Assembly: GCA_965267575.1 (NCBI GenBank)
Contig: OZ254086.1
Span: 3,168,001-3,232,000, forward strand
Length of the DNA: 64,000 bases
Reading direction: 5' to 3'
DNA from: Calditrichales bacterium
GTDB taxonomy: Bacteria; Calditrichota; Calditrichia; Calditrichales; J004
Positions within the stretch are counted from its first letter, which is position 1, and every line of letters starts with the position of its first letter. The translations under genes and the position numbers were made by a program. The notes beneath the pieces were generated by a model. It was not told the DNA's origin. It saw nothing but the letters and a program-made list of their open reading frames with translations, and searched no databases. Below, piece by piece: positions 21,393 to 31,774 of this stretch.

Positions 21393-21934
21393 TGCCTGAA
21401 AAATATACCATCGCCTGGCGCCCCTTACTGCTATTGCTTCTGGCCATCTGGATTGTTGAAGCTTTTAACCTGCTGGTGGGGCATACGCTCTTTCCGTTGG
21501 GGATATTGCCGCGCACATTGCAGGGGCTGGACGGCATATTGTGGTTTTCCTTTGTACATGGCAGCCTGGATCACGCCGTGCTGAATACGGTGCCGCTTGT
21601 TGTTTTGGGTGCGCTTTCGGCAACACGCGGCTCAAGAAATTTCATAATTCTCACCTTGGGTATAATCCTCATCGGTGGTGGACTCTTGTGGCTGCTGGGC
21701 CGTTCATCGTGGCATATTGGGGCCAGCTTGCTGGTGTTTGGCTATTTTGGCTGTCTGTTGGCAATGGCCTGGTACGAGCGCAGCTTTGCGGCTATTCTCA
21801 CCGCGATTCTCGTTACAGTTTTTTACAGTGGTATGTTGTGGGGCGTCTTGCCTTTGGAAACGCACGTATCCTGGGAAGGGCACTTATTTGGTTTGCTGGC
21901 GGGTGTTATTATGGCACGCCATCTCTCACGCTGA
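21392..21934 (+). CDS. Rhomboid-family intramembrane serine protease
   Basis: H..HAVLN, HIGAS and SWEGHLFG motifs; several TM helices. Confidence 0.88.
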   Translation: MPEKYTIAWRPLLLLLLAIWIVEAFNLLVGHTLFPLGILPRTLQGLDGILWFSFVHGSLDHAVLNTVPLVVLGALSATRGSRNFIILTLGIILIGGGLLWLLGRSSWHIGASLLVFGYFGCLLAMAWYERSFAAILTAILVTVFYSGMLWGVLPLETHVSWEGHLFGLLAGVIMARHLSR

Positions 21935-22318
21935 ACCATCCAGAGACTCGGCCAGTTTCTCGACGGCATTGCGAACATCGTCTGCCGTAAAGGGTTTGGG
22001 CAAAAAACCATAGGCGCCCATTTTTACAGCTTTTATGCCGATTGCTTTATCGGTCAGTGCGCTTATGATGATAATGCGCGCCTCTTTTTTAATCTTCAGC
22101 ATCTCCTCAAGCACTGATAAGCCATTCATCTGCGGTAACGTTATATCAAGCGTAACAATATCCGGTTCGTACATGCGGAAGCTGGTCAGCGCTTCAATGC
22201 CGTCTTTGGCAATCGCTACCAGGTTGAACATATCCTTGTCGATGCTCTTTTCAATGATTTTGCGGATGATCGATGAATCATCAACGATCATTATTTTATA
22301 GCGCTTGTCTTCGTCCAT
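21926..22318 (-). CDS. Single-domain CheY-like response regulator
   Basis: IVDDS, LDITLP and KPF receiver motifs. Confidence 0.93.
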   Translation of the reverse strand: MDEDKRYKIMIVDDSSIIRKIIEKSIDKDMFNLVAIAKDGIEALTSFRMYEPDIVTLDITLPQMNGLSVLEEMLKIKKEARIIIISALTDKAIGIKAVKMGAYGFLPKPFTADDVRNAVEKLAESLDGSA

Positions 22319-22327
22319 AACGCGGGC

Positions 22328-25300
22328 CTAGTTGTTGCTGAACAGGGGCAAAACGATCCTGAAGGCGCAATATTGTCCCTTCTCAAAAGTTACCGAAATC
22401 TCACCCTCGTGCTTTTTTAGCTGTTCCCGTATCAAATCCATACCGATGCCGCGTCCTGCGTATTCGGTCACTTCTTTGGTCGACGAAATGCCGGGCACGA
22501 AAATCAGTTCGGCCAGTTTTTCGCGCGACCAGTCCTTCAGTTCGTCCGCGCTCCAGCGTTCACTCCGCAGGGCTTTGTCTCGCAACTTGTCTATTTGCAG
22601 GCCGCGTCCGTCATCACGAAAATCAATGATCAGTTTGCCGTCATCGATGCGACTGGCCAGATAAATCGTACCTTGTTCGGGCTTGCTGAGGCGCTGTCGC
22701 TCTTCTTTGCTTTCAAGGCCGTGGCACATACTGTTGCGCACAAGCTGAACCAGAATGTTTTTGACAAGCAGTGTATAGCTTGGCGGAATCAGCTTTTGCT
22801 GATAGCCAGAGGCGTCGACAGCCACGTTTTTCTTTAGTTCACGGCCCATGCGCGCAGCCAGTTCGCTGACGGCGCTTACCGTCCCGTCTTCGGCCGTTTG
22901 ATTCTTTTTCTGATTGCCAAATTCGGAAAGCCGGTCGATCAGCCGCTTTAATTCAAACAGGTCCCCACGCAGGTTGGCGATTGCCGCAGCCAGTTTTTCG
23001 GTCTGCCTGGGTTTGGGCTGCGTGCTTTGGCGCAATTCGCTCACGATCTCTTCCGCGCTATGAACCTGTTTGGAAATAAAATTCAATTCAAGCAGGTTGG
23101 CGTTCCCCTTGATCAGGTGCAGGGCGCGGCCAATGAAATCCGGCTCGTCATTTCCGGCGCATAAAACATCTGCGTCTTTAGTCATCCCGGTGATTGATTC
23201 AATTTCAGCAAAAGAAGAACTAAGGAACTCTTTCAGCAAAAGCGGAGGAGTCTGCAATACGCTTACCGCCCAGTCCATATGCTTTTTAACGCGTGCCTCG
23301 GTCTCAGCCAGTTTATGCGAAAGCTTCAACTCTTTCGTCACATCGGTCAATGTCACAATCAACCCGCTGATATGGCTGTTTTCGTAAACACGCCTGAAAG
23401 TAAAAGTCAGAAATTTTTCTTCCTGATATTCATCTCTGTTTTTCTTGAACGCGAAGGCGCATTTTTCCAAAGGATTCAACGCACCTATCAGCTCTTCATC
23501 TAATCTTTCATCAAACATGAAGCCAATAAATTCGCGGGCCTGGCCGGAAATATCTTCATTCAGATAACCGTCGAGCAGATCCAGAAAATGAAGACCCGCC
23601 AATTTGCTCTGCTCCAGTATTTTTAGCAGCGCCAGGGAGTGTTGCGACTGGATGGTCATATCTTTATCAAGCAGGAAAAAGCCTTCTTCCACGTTTGCGA
23701 GGATTTGATCTGTCTCTTTTTTGGCCCTCTTGAGATCGATATTTCTTTTGTACAGCTCTTTTGTTCTTTCGTTTACCTTGTGGCGCAGCTCTTCGCGATG
23801 GCGCTTAATGCGTTCAACGCGGCTGCGGTAAAAGGATAGGCTGGCAAAAATGAGAGCAAAAGCGCCAAACAGCCGGAACCACAGTGTTTTCCAGAACGGC
23901 GGCTTTATGTAGATACTGAGCGACACGCCCTCTTCGTTCCACACATCATCGTTATTGGAGCCCAGGACACGGAAGGTGTAGTATCCGGGGTCAAGGTTGG
24001 TATAACTGGCATAACGCCGGTTGCCGGCATCGTTCCAGCTCTTATCGAAGCCTTCCATCTTGTAGCGGTATTCGTTTTTCAGGGGATTTGTATAATCGAG
24101 CGCGGCGAATTCGAAGGCTATAAACTTATCATCCGCCAGCAGCGAAAGGGTGCTGTTGTTGGCCAGTATCGAATCGATTGAGATTTCTTTGTCATAGATG
24201 CGGAAGGAGGTGATGGCGATGGGCGGTATTTCGCGGTTTTCCGGTATTTCCGTTGGATTGAAAGCGGTTACGCCGGATAGTCCGCCAAAATAAAGCTTGC
24301 CGTTGCGAAGGCGCACGGCCGCCCCGGCATTGTATTCTTCATTCTCAATACCGTCTTTATGCCCGAAATTCTTAAATGAGGCGGTTTTACGATCCATGCG
24401 CACCAGTCCGTGATTGGTTCCAAACCACAGAAAACCGCGATTGTCCTCAACGATTGTATAGATCAGGTTGTTGTCCATGCTGAAATCGATATAAAAACGC
24501 TCGCTCTTTCCGTTTTTGCTGTCAAACCGGTTGAGGCCGGACGCGGTGCCCACCCAGAGTATGCCGGGCGGGTCGGAAGGGGATTCATGGATATCAATGA
24601 CCAGGTTCATTGTCAGGCTGGTGGTATCGTTGGGGTTATGGTAATAATTACTGAATGTCTCGTTCAGCGGGTTAAATAAAGCCAGTCCGTTATAGGTGGC
24701 CAGCCAGATGCGTCCCAGGCGGTCACGCATTACTTCCAGAATACGGTTATCGCAAATGGTTGTGCTGTCTTCATCATTGTGGCGGTAGGTTTTAAATTGG
24801 CCGGAAGCAGGATTGTACCAGTTCAGACCGTCCATGGTCGCAATATACATGCTGCCGTCGTTGTTGATAAGGAAATCGCGCACCTTGTTGTGTGCCAGAG
24901 AGTTATTTGTGTTGCCGCGGTGCGTAATATGGCGGATGGTTTCCGTTACGGGATTTACAATCGCCACACCACCGCCATCCGTGCCGACATAAAGCGTTCC
25001 GTCCGGGTGCGGCGCGATCGTACGTACCGTGTTCTGCTCCACCATGCTGCCGGGGGCCAGATTGTAGTGCTTGTAGCTTCGCGTTGCCGGATTGTATTTA
25101 TTTAAGCCGCGGGATGTGCCGATCCACAGGGTATTGTCATTATCTTCATAAAAGGACCAGACGATATCGGAGCTAAGCGAATTACGGTTCTCAGGATCGT
25201 TGCGCAGATTGTGGAAAACCGTGTAGGAGCGCGCCAGCTTGTTTACGCCGCCGTTGGTCGTGCCGATCCACAAAATGCCGGAGCGGTCTTCATAAAGGCT

Positions 25301-26272
25301 GATGATATTATCGTCGCTGAGGCTATTGTCGGTTTTGGGCTGATGAAAATAGCTGTGAAAGCCATTGAAAGACGCTGAGTAGAGGGCCAGTCCTCGCGCC
25401 GTTCCCACCCAGATGCGATTGTTGCTATCGCGGAGAATAGTATTGACGGCGTTTGATGGCAGGCCTTTTTTATCTTCGCGGTCGTAACTCAAATGCGTGG
25501 TGGTGCCTTTTAGCGGATTATAGATGGCGATGCCTCGGTTGTTGGTGCCAATCCACATCGAGCCCTTATCATCCTCGCAGATACTGCTGACGTGAGTGAG
25601 GGGCACGCCGTCGGCGCAGGTAATGAAATCATATCGCACCACCTCGTTGGTGGCAGGGTTAATGCGGTTGAGCCCGGCATCCAGCGTTCCCACCCAGATA
25701 TATCCTTTTTCATCCTCAAAAAGAGTTCCGACGCGGTTAGAACTGATACTGCTGTTATCTTCATCCTTATGTCTAAAATGGAAAATAACATGGCCTTGCC
25801 GATTCAGACGGTAGACGCCGGAACCATTGCTTGCTACCCAGACATGATTGCTGCTTCCGTCTGCAATGATCGTGTTAATTGGTGACGAAGGAATATGCTT
25901 ACCGCTGATGAGATTGCGGAAACGGCCTGTTTGCGGGTTGTACATGGAAATGCCGCTGCTCGAAGTGGCGATCCACAGGGTCCTGTCATCTGTTTCGGCC
26001 AGGCTCACAATAAAGTTGGCGCTCAGGGAAGAAACATTATCCTGTTTACGAAAGATACGGAAAGTGTAGCCATCGTAGCGGTTGAGGCCGGCCTGTGTGC
26101 CAAACCACATAAAGCCCTGCTTGTCCTGAATGATCGTATTTATCATGCTTTGCGACAAGCCGTCGCGGATAGTGAGACGATCAAAGAAAAGGCTTATTTC
26201 CTGGGAAACTGCATTATGCCAGGTGCCGCATATCAAAATAAGCAAAGCCAGCCTGTATAAACGTTTTCGCAT
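22328..26272 (-). CDS. Beta-propeller/YYY sensor fused to an HPt and CheA-type kinase (no CheW domain)
   Basis: Many WIGT..GL repeats, YYY domain, PPFWKTLWF TM, RALHLIKG HPt, RNSMCHGLE, DDGRGL and AGRGIGMD. Confidence 0.85.
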   Translation of the reverse strand: MRKRLYRLALLILICGTWHNAVSQEISLFFDRLTIRDGLSQSMINTIIQDKQGFMWFGTQAGLNRYDGYTFRIFRKQDNVSSLSANFIVSLAETDDRTLWIATSSSGISMYNPQTGRFRNLISGKHIPSSPINTIIADGSSNHVWVASNGSGVYRLNRQGHVIFHFRHKDEDNSSISSNRVGTLFEDEKGYIWVGTLDAGLNRINPATNEVVRYDFITCADGVPLTHVSSICEDDKGSMWIGTNNRGIAIYNPLKGTTTHLSYDREDKKGLPSNAVNTILRDSNNRIWVGTARGLALYSASFNGFHSYFHQPKTDNSLSDDNIISLYEDRSGILWIGTTNGGVNKLARSYTVFHNLRNDPENRNSLSSDIVWSFYEDNDNTLWIGTSRGLNKYNPATRSYKHYNLAPGSMVEQNTVRTIAPHPDGTLYVGTDGGGVAIVNPVTETIRHITHRGNTNNSLAHNKVRDFLINNDGSMYIATMDGLNWYNPASGQFKTYRHNDEDSTTICDNRILEVMRDRLGRIWLATYNGLALFNPLNETFSNYYHNPNDTTSLTMNLVIDIHESPSDPPGILWVGTASGLNRFDSKNGKSERFYIDFSMDNNLIYTIVEDNRGFLWFGTNHGLVRMDRKTASFKNFGHKDGIENEEYNAGAAVRLRNGKLYFGGLSGVTAFNPTEIPENREIPPIAITSFRIYDKEISIDSILANNSTLSLLADDKFIAFEFAALDYTNPLKNEYRYKMEGFDKSWNDAGNRRYASYTNLDPGYYTFRVLGSNNDDVWNEEGVSLSIYIKPPFWKTLWFRLFGAFALIFASLSFYRSRVERIKRHREELRHKVNERTKELYKRNIDLKRAKKETDQILANVEEGFFLLDKDMTIQSQHSLALLKILEQSKLAGLHFLDLLDGYLNEDISGQAREFIGFMFDERLDEELIGALNPLEKCAFAFKKNRDEYQEEKFLTFTFRRVYENSHISGLIVTLTDVTKELKLSHKLAETEARVKKHMDWAVSVLQTPPLLLKEFLSSSFAEIESITGMTKDADVLCAGNDEPDFIGRALHLIKGNANLLELNFISKQVHSAEEIVSELRQSTQPKPRQTEKLAAAIANLRGDLFELKRLIDRLSEFGNQKKNQTAEDGTVSAVSELAARMGRELKKNVAVDASGYQQKLIPPSYTLLVKNILVQLVRNSMCHGLESKEERQRLSKPEQGTIYLASRIDDGKLIIDFRDDGRGLQIDKLRDKALRSERWSADELKDWSREKLAELIFVPGISSTKEVTEYAGRGIGMDLIREQLKKHEGEISVTFEKGQYCAFRIVLPLFSNN

Positions 26273-26427
26273 GATTTCCCCGCAGGCGAAGATGATCTTC
26301 TTTTTTCTAAGTATTACGCTTCGTAAGTTCTTTTCGGCAGAAATATTATTCGAAATTAGTAAAACAGAACTCAGTGGCCGATATGGTCAGTTTTCTTTCC
26401 CCATAATAACGCGTAAACCGGTGCTTC

Positions 26428-28116
26428 ATGACGCTAAAATCGCAATTCCCCTTTGTCTTCAAATATCTTAAGAACCGCGATAGCTGGGTGCTTTACCTGG
26501 CAATGTTCGTGATGGGAGCCTGCGGCCTGGCCTATGAATACACGCTCAGCAAGGTGGCCGGCGATATCCTCGGCAATTCCGTTCGGCAGTGGGCGGTTAT
26601 AATAGGGATTATGCTTTTCTTTATGGGGGTAGGCGCCGACCTGCAGAAATATTTTTCAGATAGGGTGATTGTTGACCGTTTCATCTTTTTTGAAATATTG
26701 CTCGGGCTGGTGGGCGCCTTCGGGCCGATTGCTTTCATTTATACATACGGCCGCTTTCCGCTCTATTTTGGTTTGATTGAATTCCTCTTTATAACGGGCA
26801 TCGGGCTGATCATCGGTTTTGAGATCCCGCTTATCACACGCATTAATGAACGCTTTATCAGCCAGATCCGTGTTAACCTGGCGGCCGTGCTCAAAATGGA
26901 TTACATCGGCGCGCTGGTTGGTGCCATGGCCTGGATATTTGTGATGCCGCACTTTTTTGACCAGGTGCAGGGAGCCTTTGTACTGGGGATTTTTAACGTG
27001 GCCGTGGCGGGTTTGACGCTGATTTATTTCAGAAAAGTAATAAACAATGTCCGCTTTTTGACGCTATTCTGGGTGGCTGTGGCTGCCCTGCTAACGGTGG
27101 GCATCACGCGCTCATCGGAATGGCGCAGCTACGCGGAACAGTTTTTGTATCGTGATCGCATCATCTATTCCGAGACAACACGTTACCAGCATATCGTACT
27201 GACCGAATCGCGTTCCGGCATGTTTAGCTGCTACATCAACGGCCATCTGCAATTTAGCAGCAGCGATGAATTTATCTATCATGAGATGCTCGTGCATCCG
27301 GCAATGCATCTGGCGCGCAATCCGCAAAGGGTGCTCATTTTGGGCGGCGGAGATGGCCTGGCGCTGCGCGAGGTGTTGAAATACCCGCAGGTTAGCCAGG
27401 TTACTTTGTGCGACATTGACCCGGCGATGACGGAGCTGGCGGCGACCAACCCGTACTTTATGCGGCTAAACGACAGCAGTTTTGCAGACGCCCGTGTGAT
27501 GCGCATGGAAAACCGCGCATTGATACCGGCCGATACAACGATCATACAAAAGAGAAGACCGGCCCCTTACTACGATGCGCCGGCCGAAGACCTGGCCGAG
27601 GTTGAGATTATCAACCTGGATGCGGCGCGTTTTGTGGAGCAGGTACCCGGCTTTTACGATGTGATCATCCTTGATTTTCCCGACCCCAATGCCAGCGGAC
27701 TGGCCAAGCTTTATTCTTTTGAATTTTATATGCAGCTGAAAAAAAAGCTGTCCGCGGACGGTGTGATCATCCAGCAATCCACTTCACCCTATCATGCACG
27801 TGCGCTTTTTCTAAGTGTGGGGCGTACGCTGCGGGCCGCAGGCTTTAGCGCGGTACCGCTAAAAGACAATGTGCCTTCCTTCGGGGAATGGGGCTGGTGG
27901 CTCGCGCGCCACGAAAATTATTATGGCGAAAGCTCAATGAAGCAGGGGCTGAACAATCTGGACACGATTAACGTAATGACCCAATATCTGACGCCAAAAG
28001 TGCTCTCGGCGGCTTTGACTTTTGGTAAGGATCAATTAAATTCCGAAGACCAACGTATTAACACGCTCGCAAACAATAACGCCTTTTATTATTACCTGCA
28101 AGCCTGGCAGGAATAG
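26428..28116 (+). CDS. speE: Membrane-fused polyamine aminopropyltransferase (spermidine synthase-like)
   Basis: N-terminal multi-TM domain (CGLAYE); YHEMLVHP, LGGGDGLALREV, DID, ILDFPDP, VPSFGEWG. Confidence 0.88.
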   Translation: MTLKSQFPFVFKYLKNRDSWVLYLAMFVMGACGLAYEYTLSKVAGDILGNSVRQWAVIIGIMLFFMGVGADLQKYFSDRVIVDRFIFFEILLGLVGAFGPIAFIYTYGRFPLYFGLIEFLFITGIGLIIGFEIPLITRINERFISQIRVNLAAVLKMDYIGALVGAMAWIFVMPHFFDQVQGAFVLGIFNVAVAGLTLIYFRKVINNVRFLTLFWVAVAALLTVGITRSSEWRSYAEQFLYRDRIIYSETTRYQHIVLTESRSGMFSCYINGHLQFSSSDEFIYHEMLVHPAMHLARNPQRVLILGGGDGLALREVLKYPQVSQVTLCDIDPAMTELAATNPYFMRLNDSSFADARVMRMENRALIPADTTIIQKRRPAPYYDAPAEDLAEVEIINLDAARFVEQVPGFYDVIILDFPDPNASGLAKLYSFEFYMQLKKKLSADGVIIQQSTSPYHARALFLSVGRTLRAAGFSAVPLKDNVPSFGEWGWWLARHENYYGESSMKQGLNNLDTINVMTQYLTPKVLSAALTFGKDQLNSEDQRINTLANNNAFYYYLQAWQE

Positions 28117-28133
28117 ACCTAAGGAGGTTTACC

Positions 28134-28952
28134 GTGAATGAAAATCTATTCAAATTCCTGGCTTTATTTTTCTTTGTTATCGTCGTCTGGTCATTTTGCA
28201 GCGAGCCCGAGCGTAACGAGGTGTACGATGTAAACGTGCAGACGCTGGTGCCGGCAAGTGACGGCCTGGACCTCAAGGCGGTTGGTGCCCTGCTTAAGAA
28301 AGCCGAAGACGGCGAACAATTCGAAAAACTGCTCAACTCCCCCGAAGAGCGCGTCAACAATCTTGACCTGAACGGGGACGGACAGGTGGACTACATCAAG
28401 GTTACCGAATACGGTGAAGGTGACGTAAAGGGCTTTTCGCTTACGACCGAGGCCGCGGGTGGGGAAGAGCAGGAACTGGCCACCATCGAGGTTGAAAAAG
28501 CCGGCGAGCAGGCCAACGTGGAAATCCAGGGCAACGAGCAGATATACGGTCGTAACCACTATTACCACTCTTCATTCGGCCTGGGCGAGATGTTACTGCT
28601 GGGCTGGATGTTTTCGCCGCACAGGGCCTGGGTATCGCCATGGGGTTATGGCTCCTACCCGGGATACTATTCGCCTTATTCGACGTGGTCGCAGGATCGC
28701 TATCGCGGACGCACATCGGCCATGGGACAATCCTATCGATCGGCGAACAGCAGCACCTTATCAAAGAGTGTTACTTCGCCAAATGCCGGCAAGACCGCTT
28801 CACAGGTCCGCGCTCCGCTTAAAAACCCCACCGCGTCTCAGAAACAGTTTCAGGCCCGTAGCAGCAGCCGCACACGCAGCGGCGGTTTCGGTCGCAGCTC
28901 CAGTGGCTTACGCTCATCATCGCGCAGCGGCGGATTCCGCTCCGGCAAATAA
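28134..28952 (+). CDS. Exported or lipoprotein-like hypothetical protein with Ser/Arg/Gly-rich tail
   Basis: AAGGAGG RBS, GTG start, hydrophobic N-terminus ending in Cys, DLNGDG loop, tail RSGGFG...RSGGFRSGK. Confidence 0.7.
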   Translation: MNENLFKFLALFFFVIVVWSFCSEPERNEVYDVNVQTLVPASDGLDLKAVGALLKKAEDGEQFEKLLNSPEERVNNLDLNGDGQVDYIKVTEYGEGDVKGFSLTTEAAGGEEQELATIEVEKAGEQANVEIQGNEQIYGRNHYYHSSFGLGEMLLLGWMFSPHRAWVSPWGYGSYPGYYSPYSTWSQDRYRGRTSAMGQSYRSANSSTLSKSVTSPNAGKTASQVRAPLKNPTASQKQFQARSSSRTRSGGFGRSSSGLRSSSRSGGFRSGK

Positions 28953-28973
28953 CATCAAAGAGCAGAGGACATC

Positions 28974-29876
28974 ATGAAAGACTATTTAGCAGAGCTCAGC
29001 GATATAAATATTATTTTTGAATTACTCTACCTTGATGGGCTGGCATATGTGATTACCGTTTTTATCATTCTATATGCCGCCAAGCTCATGTATGATCTTT
29101 TTACTCCCTTCAGCATCAGCGAGCAGCTTACAACGGCGGACAATAAAGCGGTGGCCGTTTCCTTTAGCGGATATATGCTGGGTGTTATGCTGATCCTGCT
29201 GGGAATTTTTAAATCGGGTACGGTTGTGGAAGGCGGCATCGAGTCACGCCTGGACCTGGCCCGCGATCTTCTCGCTACATTGATCTGGGGCCTGGTCGGA
29301 ATCGTGCTGCTTAATGTTTCGCGTATTTTTAACGACAAGCTTCTGCTTTACAAATTTGACAATGTCAAGGAGCTTGTGCAGGACAAAAACATTGGCACCG
29401 CGGCGGTGCTTTGGGGCAGCTACATCGGATCGGCGCTCATTGTAAAGGCGGCCGTTTACGGCGAAACACAGGGCTGGCTTATCGATATAACCGGCAGCGT
29501 AATATTTTTCCTGGCCGGACAGATCGCTTTTGTGATATATGGCTGGCTTTATCAGAAAATACACCGCTATGATGTGCATGATGAGATCGAAAAGGACAAT
29601 GTCTCGGCTGGCGTGGCTTTTGGTTTGAGCCTAACAGCCATGGGTATTCTGCTTTCCGGCTACTTGATGGAGAATCTCTCACTGGTCGGTTTTGTGCTGT
29701 GGTTTGTTTTGGCGGTCTTTATTCTGCTGGTCACTCGCTACATCGTGGATAAATTGATATTACCGGGTGCGCTGCTGGACGAGGAAGTAACCCGCGACCA
29801 AAACTGGGGCGCCTCGCTTCTGGAGGGCTCAATCGCTGTGGGGCTGGCTTTTCTGCTGGTTGCCGCCATTCTGTAA
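28974..29876 (+). CDS. Tandem DUF350-like membrane protein
   Basis: Repeated (E/Q)L..D.N.(A/G) units followed by TM helices. Confidence 0.78.
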   Translation: MKDYLAELSDINIIFELLYLDGLAYVITVFIILYAAKLMYDLFTPFSISEQLTTADNKAVAVSFSGYMLGVMLILLGIFKSGTVVEGGIESRLDLARDLLATLIWGLVGIVLLNVSRIFNDKLLLYKFDNVKELVQDKNIGTAAVLWGSYIGSALIVKAAVYGETQGWLIDITGSVIFFLAGQIAFVIYGWLYQKIHRYDVHDEIEKDNVSAGVAFGLSLTAMGILLSGYLMENLSLVGFVLWFVLAVFILLVTRYIVDKLILPGALLDEEVTRDQNWGASLLEGSIAVGLAFLLVAAIL

Positions 29877-29891
29877 ACCGGGGATCGCTGC

Positions 29892-30665
29892 ATGCCAAAA
29901 AAGTATGAACTGAACGAAGACCAGAAAAAGGAATTTGCCGGTGTTTACCTGCTGGAATACATGGTCAATGAAAATTACGCCCCGCCGATATTTCTGCAAG
30001 GCAACGAACAGGACCTGGAAACGGTACTGGAATGGCTGCTGGCCCGTGACCTGATCGAAATACAAAATGAAGAGCAATATGTGCCGTCGCAGAAGGGTAA
30101 AGCGCGGCTTAAAAAGTTCCGCGGCCGCTACAGCGAATACCTGACCTACTACGACATCTTTTGCGCGGTTGACCTGGAAGCCGGTGAGTTTGCTTTTGAA
30201 TATTGGCACGATTACAGCGATGACAGCAGTTTTCGCGAATTTATAAACGGAGAGCGCTGGGACGATCTGCGTGTTGCCGTTGCCGATTACAAAGGCATCA
30301 ATCCTGTTGAAATCGTTTTTATGAGCTTTATCAACGAAAAGCGCTTTGGCCGTGATGCCTCCGGCTGGCAGTTTGATCTGCTGCTGGGCACCGTGTGGGA
30401 CCAGATCCTGAATATCTGTGAATCGGCCATACAATGGGAAGAACTGGGCTACGAAGACGAGCAGGGCCTTGTACCCGCGGAAGATGTCATCAATGATATT
30501 ATTGTAAGCGGCACGGAAATCATGCTGGATTTGCTGGGTGAAAAAAGATACGCCGGCAACGGTGACACCGCAGGTGATGCCGACTACGATCCCGAGCGTA
30601 TGGATGAGGGTGATTATAAAAAGTACCTCGATCCCAAATATATCAGCCCCAACTGGAAAAACTGA
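29892..30665 (+). CDS. Acidic hypothetical protein, possible winged-helix segment
   Basis: Operon-embedded 257-aa ORF; LEWLLARDLIE...PSQKGKARL resembles a wHTH wing. Confidence 0.6.
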   Translation: MPKKYELNEDQKKEFAGVYLLEYMVNENYAPPIFLQGNEQDLETVLEWLLARDLIEIQNEEQYVPSQKGKARLKKFRGRYSEYLTYYDIFCAVDLEAGEFAFEYWHDYSDDSSFREFINGERWDDLRVAVADYKGINPVEIVFMSFINEKRFGRDASGWQFDLLLGTVWDQILNICESAIQWEELGYEDEQGLVPAEDVINDIIVSGTEIMLDLLGEKRYAGNGDTAGDADYDPERMDEGDYKKYLDPKYISPNWKN

Positions 30666-30667
30666 GC

Positions 30668-31774
30668 ATGTTTCTGCTTTGGCGCATCGTAAAAACAGTT
30701 ATCGACAACCGTATTACGCAGATTACCACCGTGCGCGTTGTGCTGCTGGCGGTTATATTGAATCTGTTGTTTGGCACGCTGTTTTACTTTGCCGAACGCG
30801 GCGTTCAGGATATCAGCTATTGGGACGCGTTATGGTGGGCGATGGTGACAATGACAACTGTAGGCTATGGTGACTTTTACGCGCAGACCACTGTGGGACG
30901 CTTTTTTATTTCCTACCCCTGCATGCTCATCGGCATTGGCATAATCGGATACCTGGTGGGTGCCGTGGCTGAAAAAATGATCGACCGCGGTTCTAGAAAA
31001 CGGAGAGGCTTATTAAGGATTACAATGAAAGAGCATATCATTATCTGCAATTTTCCCGGCGAGCAAAAAGTAATGCGTCTGCTGGAAGAAATGGCGCGCA
31101 GCCATCAATATCGTGACAAGGAAGTGGTGCTGATCAGCAATGAGATCGATCAATTGCCGCAAAAGCTGGTGAAGGAAAAAGTGCGTTTTGTGCGTGGCGA
31201 CGCTGTGCGCGAGGAAATCCTGATGCAGGCCAATATCAAGGAAACATGCGGTGTCTTTGTGCTGGCTGAAGATTCCTCCGATCCGGCGTCGGATAACAAG
31301 ACTTTCGCCATCGGGACGCAGATTGAAATGATTGAGCGCGAAATCGGAAAGCCCATTAAGACCGTTGTGGAGCTGGTAAGCATGGATAATATGAAAATGA
31401 TGCAACGCTCCAAGGTGGACGGAATTGTCAGTGCCGACGGCATTATGGATGTGCTGATCGCCCAGGAATTTCTCTATCCCGGGCTGCATGATGTGATCCA
31501 TGAGATTTTAAGCAATGCATCCGGAAGCCAGTTTTATATCCTGGACACCGCGCTGAATGGTCAGCGTTTTGGCGACATCCAGCGTAAGGCGATCGAATTT
31601 GCCGAAGGCGTGCAGGTATTGGGGCTGGAACGTAACGGGCAGAAAAAAATTAATCCCGACAAAAATACGATCGTGGAAAGGGGCGACAAGCTGATTGTAT
31701 TGGCTGACCGCCGCCGCGATTATGAAGCATTTGAAAAAAGTTTAACCGAAAATTTAGCGGAGGAATTAGAATGA
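30668..31774 (+). CDS. Potassium channel (2TM pore plus RCK domains)
   Basis: TMTTVGYGD selectivity filter; TrkA_N/TrkA_C-like C-terminus. Confidence 0.92.
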   Translation: MFLLWRIVKTVIDNRITQITTVRVVLLAVILNLLFGTLFYFAERGVQDISYWDALWWAMVTMTTVGYGDFYAQTTVGRFFISYPCMLIGIGIIGYLVGAVAEKMIDRGSRKRRGLLRITMKEHIIICNFPGEQKVMRLLEEMARSHQYRDKEVVLISNEIDQLPQKLVKEKVRFVRGDAVREEILMQANIKETCGVFVLAEDSSDPASDNKTFAIGTQIEMIEREIGKPIKTVVELVSMDNMKMMQRSKVDGIVSADGIMDVLIAQEFLYPGLHDVIHEILSNASGSQFYILDTALNGQRFGDIQRKAIEFAEGVQVLGLERNGQKKINPDKNTIVERGDKLIVLADRRRDYEAFEKSLTENLAEELE

